From: Thermoanaerobaculia bacterium | GTDB taxonomy: Bacteria; Acidobacteriota; Thermoanaerobaculia; Gp7-AA8 | Direction of reading: 5' to 3' | DNA: 64,000 nt | Assembly: GCA_035276475.1 (NCBI GenBank) | Contig: DATELQ010000037.1 | Coordinates: forward strand, 2,482 to 66,481 | Shown: positions 49,599 to 57,363 of the stretch, piece by piece | How the letters are laid out: the number at the start of each line of letters is the position of its first letter | Numbering within the stretch: position 1 is the first letter of the stretch | Position numbers and translations under genes: made by a program | The notes under the pieces: model-generated | Told to the model about the DNA's origin: nothing | Database searches by the model: none | Seen by the model: only the letters and a program-made list of their open reading frames with translations

Positions 49599-49648
49599 TC
49601 GCACAATCGACGGCAACCGCCGCGGTCATCGCCGGCGTGTTTGCCGCG

Positions 49649-50392
49649 ATGCTGATCGCGGAGTCGCTCGCGCCACTGCGGCGCACCGTCGAGTCGAAGC
49701 TGCGCCGCGTCGCGCGCAACCTGACGATCGGCGGCATCGCGCTGGCGATCACGCCGTGGCTGCAGGCGCTGCTGCTGCATCCGACGGCGGCGTGGATCGC
49801 GCGGCACCACGTCGGCCTCTTGCAGATCGTGCAGTGGCCGCCGTGGCTCGAGACGCTCGTCGCCGTCGTCCTTCTCGACTACACGCTCTGGTGGTGGCAC
49901 TGGGCCACGCACCGCGTGCCGTTCCTCTGGCGCTTTCACCTCGTGCACCACGTCGACCGCGACCTCGACGCCTCCACCGCGCTGCGCTTCCACTTCGGCG
50001 AGCTGGCGCTCTCCGTCCCGGTGCGCGCGCTGCAGATAATCGTCATCGGCGTCGAGCCGCACGCGCTCTGGCTGTGGCAGACGATCGTCTTCGCCTCGAT
50101 CCTCTTCCACCACTCGAACCTGCGCCTGCCCGAGGCCTTCGAGCGCGTGCTCGTGCGCGTCATCGTCACGCCGCGCATGCACGGCATCCATCACTCCGAT
50201 CGCCTCGGCGACACCGACAGCAACTGGTCGAACCTCCTCTCCGCGTGGGACTCCCTGCACGGCACGATGCGGCTCGACGTCGCGCAGCCGGAGATCACCA
50301 TCGGCGTGCCGGCGTACGCGGATCGCGAGGAAGTCACGATCGGGAAGATGCTCCTCCTCCCCTTCCGCCGGCGCCTGCGCGAGTGGCGCTGA
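49649..50392 (+). CDS. sterol desaturase / fatty-acid hydroxylase superfamily membrane protein
   Basis: Histidine boxes HWATH, HLVHH, HGIHHSD; true start probably upstream (in-frame GTG 49637 or CTG 49595) to include first TM. Confidence 0.65.
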   Translation: MLIAESLAPLRRTVESKLRRVARNLTIGGIALAITPWLQALLLHPTAAWIARHHVGLLQIVQWPPWLETLVAVVLLDYTLWWWHWATHRVPFLWRFHLVHHVDRDLDASTALRFHFGELALSVPVRALQIIVIGVEPHALWLWQTIVFASILFHHSNLRLPEAFERVLVRVIVTPRMHGIHHSDRLGDTDSNWSNLLSAWDSLHGTMRLDVAQPEITIGVPAYADREEVTIGKMLLLPFRRRLREWR

Positions 50393-50435
50393 TTGCGCGA
50401 TCGGTGATCGCCGGCGAACGGACCGCGATCGATGC

Positions 50436-50649
50436 CCTGCGTGTCCATGCTCCGAGACCGGCGAGCACTGCTCCACGGCCTGCGTGTCCGTGCTCCGAGG
50501 CCGGCGAGCACTGCTCCACGGCCCGCGTGTCCGTGCTCGCAGACCGGCGAGCATTGCTCCATGCCTCGCGCGTCCGTGCTCGCAGGCCGGCGAGCATTGC
50601 TCCATGCCTCGCGTGTCCGTGCTCGCAGGCCGGCGAGCATTGCTCCACG
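50436..50649. repeat. tandem array of five ~43-bp hairpin-containing units
   Basis: cctgcgtgtccgtgctcgcaggccggcgagcattgctccayg x5 (period 42-43, few SNPs); each unit carries the palindrome TGCTCGCAGGCCGGCGAGCA; between convergent genes. Confidence 0.9.
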
Positions 50650-50692
50650 CGGGGCGTGCACGCGCACGCACGGGAGCGATGCGTGATCGCCG

Positions 50693-51028
50693 CTAGCGGA
50701 TCGTCGCCCGCTCCAGCGCGCCGGCCGCCGCGAGCACTTCGCGCAGCTCGCCGCTCGCGCGCTCCACGTCGTCGACGGCGATGCGCAGGAACATCTCGCC
50801 GCCCCCCGAGCCGGAGTCGTCGACCTTGCCGATGCCGCGCTTGGCGATCTCGTCCTCGATCGTGTTCCGCAGTTGCAGCTCCTCGCGCATGGCCATCCCC
50901 TTTCCCATCAACCGGATCGACACGACGACGTGCGGCCGCGCGTCCTCGGCGCGCAGGCGCTCCGCTTTCTTGCGCACGAAGTGGCCGAAGATGATGAAGA
51001 GGACGAGCGGGACGATGATCCAGACCAC
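50693..51028 (-). CDS. small membrane-anchored hypothetical protein (N-terminal TM, cytoplasmic tail)
   Basis: About 111 aa from in-frame GTG overlapping upstream stop (TAGTG); VWIIVPLVLFIIFGHF TM. Confidence 0.4.
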   Translation of the reverse strand: MVWIIVPLVLFIIFGHFVRKKAERLRAEDARPHVVVSIRLMGKGMAMREELQLRNTIEDEIAKRGIGKVDDSGSGGGEMFLRIAVDDVERASGELREVLAAAGALERATIR

Positions 51029-51495
51029 TACACGGCCTCGCGCGCGCGCTGCCGCTGGGCCAGGCGCTGGAGGAAGTCGTAGGCGAGGCCGCCGCTGGTG
51101 CGCTTGAGCGTGAGGAAGTAGACCGCCAGGGCGACGACCCCGCCGATCCAGGCCAGCGCGCCGAGCTGGTTCGTGCGCCCGGCAAAGAACGGCCAGAGCG
51201 TGAACAGCAGCGCCCCGGCCACGCCCGCGAGGAGCAGCGCCAGCCGCTGCGCCTTCGGCGCGTCGATCTCGCGGTTGCAAACGAGCGTCACCGTCGTCTC
51301 GCTCTCCGCCGCCCACGACACCGTGCACTCCACCCCGCCCGCCACCGCCACCCCGCGGCGCAGCGGCAGCACGAAGTCGCGCTCGTTGTCGCGCTCGGCC
51401 TTCATCTCGCCGCCGTAAAGGTCGACGAGCTCCGCGATCGTCTCTTCGATGCCGTCGCGGGGGATGCGGTCTTCGGTCAGCTCAACGGGGGTCAT
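51028..51495 (-). CDS. hypothetical membrane protein (soluble N-domain then 2 TM)
   Basis: 155-aa ORF; C-terminal LALLLAGVAGALLFTLWPFF and LAWIGGVVALAVYFL helices. Confidence 0.5.
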   Translation of the reverse strand: MTPVELTEDRIPRDGIEETIAELVDLYGGEMKAERDNERDFVLPLRRGVAVAGGVECTVSWAAESETTVTLVCNREIDAPKAQRLALLLAGVAGALLFTLWPFFAGRTNQLGALAWIGGVVALAVYFLTLKRTSGGLAYDFLQRLAQRQRAREAV

Positions 51496-51536
51496 GCGGG
51501 TCTGTCGAACTACTCCTACAACGAAAGGGGATAGTC

Positions 51537-51944
51537 ATGTCAACCACGAATGACGCCGAAGTCACGAAGTACACCGTCGTCGTGAACAGCGGTCAGGCCA
51601 CGCTCAAGGCATTGATGACGTTGAACGGCGGTGCCACGGTCGCGTTTTTGGCATTCATGGGGCACCTCTTGGAAAAAGGCGAGCCCGCTGCGAATCTCCA
51701 CGTGCTGCTGGGCGCGCTGCCGTATCTCATCGGCGGCACCTTCTGCGCGGTCCTGGGCTACGGCCTGATCTTCCTCACGGGCTGTTGCAGCTTGGCCCGA
51801 TGGCACACGGCGTCGAACGTCATGTTCGGCTCCGCAGTCTTCGTCTGCGTCGCGTCCATCGTCTTCTTTCTTTTGGCGAGCTTGCGCGCGGTGAGCGCGT
51901 TCGACTTCCTGACTCAGTCCCGCACCGCAATGTTGTATTTCTGA
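51537..51944 (+). CDS. hypothetical integral membrane protein
   Basis: 135 aa; AAAGGGGA SD 7 nt upstream; 4 predicted TM. Confidence 0.5.
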   Translation: MSTTNDAEVTKYTVVVNSGQATLKALMTLNGGATVAFLAFMGHLLEKGEPAANLHVLLGALPYLIGGTFCAVLGYGLIFLTGCCSLARWHTASNVMFGSAVFVCVASIVFFLLASLRAVSAFDFLTQSRTAMLYF

Positions 51945-54900
51945 ATCTTTGCCTTCAGCGTGTTCCGGGCCAGTCCGAGCCGCCGCGCCGCCTCGCGGAT
52001 GCGGCCGCCCGACGACTCCAGCGCGCGCTCGATGAGCTGGCGGTCGACCGACGACATCACCTCGTCGTAGATGTCGCTGGTGATGTCCATCTTCCCGATC
52101 ACGGGATTGAGCAGCGAGCTCGGCATCGGCACGGGGCCGGCGTCGGGCGAGGGCGGGACGATGTCGGTGAAGAGCCCGTAGAAGTCGTTGCGCGTGATCG
52201 TCTCGCCGTTCGACATCACGATGGCGCGGTGCAGCGTCGCCTCGAGCTCGCGGATGTTGCCGGGCCAGTTGTAGCGCAGGAAAAGATCGAGCACGCCCGG
52301 CTCGAGATGCTTCGTCTCGATGCCGAGGTCACGGCAGATCTTGCGCATGAAATGCTCGGTCAGGACCGGGATGTCGTCCTTGCGCTCGCGCAGCGGCGGG
52401 AGGATCAGCGGGATGATGTTGAGGCGGTAGTAGAGATCCTCGCGGAACGTCCCCTGATCGATGGCCTTCTCGATGTCGAGGTTCGTCGCGGCGATGATCT
52501 TCACCTCGGTTTTGATCGTCTGCGTGCCGCCGACGCGCTCGAACTCCTTGTCCTCGACCACGCGCAGCAGCTTGGCCTGGATCGCCAGGCTCACCTTCCC
52601 GATCTCGTCGAGGAAAATCGTCCCGCCGTTGGCGAGCTCGAAGCGGCCGAGCTTGCGGCGGTCGGCGCCGGTGAACGAGCCCTTCTCGTGGCCGAACAGC
52701 TCCGATTCGGCCAGCGTCTCCGGCAGCGCCGCGCAGTTGAACTTGATGAACGGACCGTTCCGGCGCGGCGAGACGTTGTGGATGATGCGCGCCACGAGGC
52801 CCTTGCCCGAGCCCGACTCGCCGCGCAGCAGCACCGTGGAGTTCCCGCTGGCGGCCTTGCGGATGGAGAACTGGATCTTCGCCACCGCCTCCGACTGCCC
52901 GACGATCGAGTCGAGGTGCTTCTCGATCAGCACCTCGCGGCGCAGCGACTCATTCTCAAGCGATAGCCGCGTGCGCGCCTCCTCGAGCTCCTCGTACAGC
53001 CGCGCGTTCTCGATGGCGATCGCCGCCTGATCGGAGAACGCTTCGAGGAAGTTCAGATCCTTCTGCGAGAAGAGGTGCCGGGCCTGGCGATGGTCGACGT
53101 AGATCGCGCCGGCGATGCGGTCCTTGATGATGAGCGGCACGCAGAGGATCGAGAGGATGTTCTCCGTGATCACCGACTCCGACTCCACGAAGCGCTCGTC
53201 CGCGCGCGCGTCGGCCGACATCACCGACTGCCCGCTCTGGATCACCTCGCGCACGATCGACTGCGGCGAGCGCTTCGAGTCGGACTCCCCCTCGTTGATG
53301 TTGCGCACCACGCGCGTGCGCAAGGCGCTCGTGATCGGATCGAGCAGCAGGATCATGCCGCGCTCCGCGCGCAAACGCCGGATCGCGAGGTCGAGCACGC
53401 GCGACAGCACTTCCTGCAGGTCGAGCGAGGAGTTGATGATCTTGACGACTTCGTAGAGCCCGACGACCGCGCTCGGCACCTGCACCTTGCCGCCCGGGCG
53501 GATGCGGAACAGCGCGCCGCGGGCGCGCTCGAGGTCGTGCGGGGCGTCGAGGCGCTCGAAGATGCGAATCGCGCCGCGGATCGTCTGCGTGGCCTCCTCG
53601 GCGTCGTCCTTCAACAGTCCGATGTCGAACAGCAGCCGCCCGAGCTCGTACGGCGTCTCCAGCTCCTCGAACGTCACGCGCGCCGCTTCGAAGCGGACGT
53701 TGGCGGCTTCGCGGTCGCCGTTGGCGTAGAGGATCTTCCCCCACATCCAATCGTTCTTGGCCTTGCTGAAGCGGTCGCCGAGCTGGTCGGCGTACTGTGC
53801 GCCGAGCTCCGCGTGCTGCATGGCGTCGTCGAGCTTCTGCTGCGAGAAGCAGAGGCTGGCCTTGGCCGTGTGCGCGCGGGCCAGGCCGTTCGTCGTCTGC
53901 TTGTCCTCGAAAATCTTCAGCGCGCGGCCGAGGTAGCGGTCGGCGTCGACGTAGTTCTCGCGCTCGTCCTCGATCGCCGCAAGCACGTAGCAGGCCTCGG
54001 CGATGCTGTCCTCTTCGCGGGCGCGCTCGGCCGCCGAGAGCGCCTTCTGCACGTACTCGAGGGCTTTGGCGATGTCGCCCTTCTTGTTCATCAGGCGCGC
54101 CAGCGGGATGTAGACCGACGAGCGCGACGCACGCGACTCGTCGAAGCCGCGCATGTTGATGCAGCGCGTGTACTGCTCGAGCGCATCGGCCCAGCGCCCG
54201 AGCATCTCCAGCGCCTCGCCGGCGTTCTCGCGCGCCAGGGCCTCGTACTCGATCGCGCCGATCTTCTCGTCGATGCGCACGGTCTTGTCGAAGTATTCGA
54301 GCGCGGAGTGGAAGTTGCCGCGCCCGAACTCGATGATGCCGACGTTGTTGTAGGCGGTGATGAGGTCCCACAGGTCGCCCTCGGACTCGGAAAGCTCGAG
54401 GTTCAACTTGTAGTACTGCAGCGCGCTCGTCCAATCGCCGGTCTTCCAGAGCGTGTTGCCGAGGTTCGTCGACGCCACCTTGGAGAGTTGCTCGGAGCCG
54501 ACTTTCGATCCCACTTCCACGGCCTGCAGCAAGAGCTCCTTCGAAGCCTGCCAGTTGCCGAGCGAGTACTCGATCGAGCCGAGCGTGTTCTTGATGTAGC
54601 CGTAGACGATGTTCGGCTCTTTGCCTTCGAGCAGCGCCTCCGCGCGCTCCGACGTCTCCCGCGCCGTGGCGTAGTCGCCCATGTCCTTATACAGCCAGGC
54701 CATGCGGTTGAGGAGCTCGGCCAGCTCGATCGTCTCGCCGAGGCGCTCGTAAATCTCGCGGGCGTTGTTGTAGTACGAGAGCGCTGAGTCCTGCTCGCCG
54801 CGCTTCGTCAGCACCTTGCCGATCTTCTTCATCACCCGGGCGAGGTCGGCGTTCGCCTCGTGGTCCTTCGCGCGGGTCTGGATGCTCTTCAGAAGGTACT

Positions 54901-57184
54901 GGTACGCCTGCATGGCGCCGCGGAAATCGTTGCTGCGGTAGTAGGCGTCGGCGAGCTTCTCGCGCACCTCGGCCTTGTGCGCCTCGTCGTGGCCGGCCAG
55001 GTCCATCAGGTCGAGCGCGCTGCGGTAGAACTCCGTCGCCTCCTCGTGCGCGAGCGTGCGGAAGGCGAGGTCGCCCGCCTCGACGGCGTAGCCGATCCCC
55101 TTCTCCGGCTCGTCGGCGCGCGCGAAGTGATACGCGACCTGGCCGAGGAGCTGCGTCAATCCGCCGGCAAGCAGCGGCTCGAGCACGTGGCCGACGCGGT
55201 GATGCAGCTCGCTGCGCCGGCGGTCGTGCATGGAGTTGTAGAGCGCGTCGCGCAGGTGGATCTGCGGGAAAGAGACGCTCTTGCCGTCCGAGGCTTCGTC
55301 GAGGAGACCGTCGCGGATCAGGTCGCGCAGGATGAGATACGCCTTCTCGGCCGACGCGTCCGCTGCCTGCGTCAGGAGATCGACCTCCGACACTTCCCCG
55401 AACACCGCCGCCGTCTCCAACAGCGCGCGCTGCTCGTCGGTGAGGTCGTCGACCTTCTCCATCAGGATCGACGCCGCGCCGCCGGGGATGCGCAGCGCGC
55501 GGATGCGGTCCATCTCCACCATCCAGCCGTTCGCCGTCCAGCAGAGGAAGTCGTGGGCGATGAGGTAGTCGACGATGCGGCGGATGTTCAGCGGCGAGCC
55601 GGTCGACTCCCACAACATCCAGCGCACGAATTCGTCGGAGACGTTCTCGTACCCGAGGAGCGATTGCAGGTGCTCGCGGACGAGTGCCTCGTTCAGCGTG
55701 GAGACGCGGATGAGCGGGAAGCTCCCCTCGCGGGCGCGTTGCTCCCACGCCACGAGCTCCGCCGAGCCGTCGTCCGCGGTCAGCGTGCCGATGACGAGAA
55801 GGCGGTTCTGCTTCGCCTCGCCGACGAGGAACGAGAAGAGCTCGCTCGTCGACGGATCGGCCCACTGCAGGTCTTCGATGAGGATGATGAGCGGCGAGCC
55901 GCTCCCCTCGCCGGCAGAGAGGAACCCGTACATGTCCTGCATCGATTGCACGATGCGGTTGTAGAGGCGGTATTTCTGGCTGTGCGCCGGCGTCGTCTCT
56001 TCGCCCTGCGGCGGCACGAGCGGCCGCAGCAACCGCCGCAGCTCCTCGGTGACGTCGGCGCTCGGGTTCACCGCCGCGACCATCTGCTGGAAGATCTCGA
56101 AGAACGGCGCGTAGATCGTCTTGCGGTTGATCGGGCAGCGGCCGCAGAAGACGCGCGCGCCGTCGAGCTGCGCGCGCAGCGTGGCGTCGCGCACGATGCG
56201 GCTCTTCCCCATCCCCTCGGGGCCCGCAACGATGACGCCGCAGCCGCGGCCGTCGCGCGCGTCGCCGATCATCGTGGCGAGCTGGTTGATCTCGTGCTTG
56301 CGCCCGATCAGCGGCGCGGCAAAGAGCTCGCCGCGGCCGACGAGAAGCTCGCCCGCCGGCGCGGTCTTGCCCGCCGCTTGCGCGACCGCTTGCAGCAGCG
56401 CGGCGGCGGAGACGAAGCGGTGCCGCGGGTCCTTCTCGAGCAGCTTCATGATGATCTGCTCGAGCGCGTCGGGCACGCGTGGGTTGATCGACGACGGCGG
56501 ACGGATCTCGCCGTCGAGGTGGAGGCGGATGACTTCGATCTGCTGTTTGCCGTACGCCGGCAGCGCCCCGGTGACGGTCTCGTACAGCGTCATGCCGAGG
56601 GCGTAGAGGTCGGCGCGGGAGTCGACGCGGTCCTGGCGCAGCACCTCGGGCGCCATGTAGTGCAGCGTGCCGCGGATCTGCCGGTCGAGGACCTGATGGC
56701 TTTCGACGGCGACGCCGAAGTCCATGATCTTGGCCTGCCCATGGTCGCTGACGAGGATGTTCGAGGGCTTGAGGTCGAGGTGGATGATGCCGAGGTGGTG
56801 GATGTGGTGCAGCCCCGAGGCGATCTGCAGGATCACGTCGTAGAGCGCGTCCCAGTTCTGGCCGTCGAAGAACTCGGAGATCTTCCGGCCGGCGAAGTAC
56901 TCCATGGTGAAGTACGGGAAACCGTCGTCGAGCAGGCCGAAGTCGAAGACCTTGACGATCGACGGGTGCTCGAGGCCGGCCAGCGTCGCGAACTCTGCCT
57001 TGAACCGTAGGAGTTGCTGCGGCTCGGAGAGCTCGTGGCGGAGGATTTTGATGGTCTCGTCGCGCTTGTCGGAGACGTCGAAGACCCGATAGACGGCGAC
57101 GGCGGGGGTTTCTTTCAGGACCGTCCGGATTTGGAACCGCGGCGGCAGCTGAAGTTCGGGCGCGAGTGTCTCGGCTGTGGTCAT
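51914..57184 (-). CDS. giant multidomain regulator: Ser/Thr kinase / P-loop (STAND/AAA) NTPase / TPR array / GAF / sigma-54 activator AAA+ domain / Fis-type HTH
   Basis: 1756-aa uninterrupted ORF; kinase (IKIL Lys, HLDLKPSN, DFG, APE; no Gly loop); P-loop GPEGMGKSR; long TPR; GAF; sigma54 domain (GESGSGKG, GSFTGA, DEIG); C-terminal HTH RIREAARRLGLARNTLKAKIQKY. Confidence 0.85.
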   Translation of the reverse strand: MTTAETLAPELQLPPRFQIRTVLKETPAVAVYRVFDVSDKRDETIKILRHELSEPQQLLRFKAEFATLAGLEHPSIVKVFDFGLLDDGFPYFTMEYFAGRKISEFFDGQNWDALYDVILQIASGLHHIHHLGIIHLDLKPSNILVSDHGQAKIMDFGVAVESHQVLDRQIRGTLHYMAPEVLRQDRVDSRADLYALGMTLYETVTGALPAYGKQQIEVIRLHLDGEIRPPSSINPRVPDALEQIIMKLLEKDPRHRFVSAAALLQAVAQAAGKTAPAGELLVGRGELFAAPLIGRKHEINQLATMIGDARDGRGCGVIVAGPEGMGKSRIVRDATLRAQLDGARVFCGRCPINRKTIYAPFFEIFQQMVAAVNPSADVTEELRRLLRPLVPPQGEETTPAHSQKYRLYNRIVQSMQDMYGFLSAGEGSGSPLIILIEDLQWADPSTSELFSFLVGEAKQNRLLVIGTLTADDGSAELVAWEQRAREGSFPLIRVSTLNEALVREHLQSLLGYENVSDEFVRWMLWESTGSPLNIRRIVDYLIAHDFLCWTANGWMVEMDRIRALRIPGGAASILMEKVDDLTDEQRALLETAAVFGEVSEVDLLTQAADASAEKAYLILRDLIRDGLLDEASDGKSVSFPQIHLRDALYNSMHDRRRSELHHRVGHVLEPLLAGGLTQLLGQVAYHFARADEPEKGIGYAVEAGDLAFRTLAHEEATEFYRSALDLMDLAGHDEAHKAEVREKLADAYYRSNDFRGAMQAYQYLLKSIQTRAKDHEANADLARVMKKIGKVLTKRGEQDSALSYYNNAREIYERLGETIELAELLNRMAWLYKDMGDYATARETSERAEALLEGKEPNIVYGYIKNTLGSIEYSLGNWQASKELLLQAVEVGSKVGSEQLSKVASTNLGNTLWKTGDWTSALQYYKLNLELSESEGDLWDLITAYNNVGIIEFGRGNFHSALEYFDKTVRIDEKIGAIEYEALARENAGEALEMLGRWADALEQYTRCINMRGFDESRASRSSVYIPLARLMNKKGDIAKALEYVQKALSAAERAREEDSIAEACYVLAAIEDERENYVDADRYLGRALKIFEDKQTTNGLARAHTAKASLCFSQQKLDDAMQHAELGAQYADQLGDRFSKAKNDWMWGKILYANGDREAANVRFEAARVTFEELETPYELGRLLFDIGLLKDDAEEATQTIRGAIRIFERLDAPHDLERARGALFRIRPGGKVQVPSAVVGLYEVVKIINSSLDLQEVLSRVLDLAIRRLRAERGMILLLDPITSALRTRVVRNINEGESDSKRSPQSIVREVIQSGQSVMSADARADERFVESESVITENILSILCVPLIIKDRIAGAIYVDHRQARHLFSQKDLNFLEAFSDQAAIAIENARLYEELEEARTRLSLENESLRREVLIEKHLDSIVGQSEAVAKIQFSIRKAASGNSTVLLRGESGSGKGLVARIIHNVSPRRNGPFIKFNCAALPETLAESELFGHEKGSFTGADRRKLGRFELANGGTIFLDEIGKVSLAIQAKLLRVVEDKEFERVGGTQTIKTEVKIIAATNLDIEKAIDQGTFREDLYYRLNIIPLILPPLRERKDDIPVLTEHFMRKICRDLGIETKHLEPGVLDLFLRYNWPGNIRELEATLHRAIVMSNGETITRNDFYGLFTDIVPPSPDAGPVPMPSSLLNPVIGKMDITSDIYDEVMSSVDRQLIERALESSGGRIREAARRLGLARNTLKAKIQKYNIAVRD

Positions 57185-57235
57185 GTCTCGGAAAGGTTAC
57201 GGTGCGGGGTGCAAGAGTAACCCACATTTGCCGCG

Positions 57236-57345
57236 ACGGGTCAGAAAAGTGACCACGAACCAGGGGACGGGTGACGGGGAACAGGGCACAGGAGTATCGC
57301 CGCGAGAACACCTGTCCCCTGTTCCCTGTGACCTGTCACCTGCGC
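57236..57345. repeat. palindromic intergenic repeat element, copy B (same family as 1666-1756)
   Basis: caggggacgggtgacggggaacagggcacagg ... cctgtcccctgttccctgtgacctgtcacctg inverted arms in the divergent spacer between the two kinase genes; coordinates +/-1. Confidence 0.8.
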
Positions 57346-57363
57346 TGGTACAATCCGCCCGCT

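Noticed and set aside
50436-50649. Possible CRISPR array
   Set aside because: The whole 43-bp unit is repeated with only point differences, and there are no unique spacers between repeats. No cas genes are nearby.
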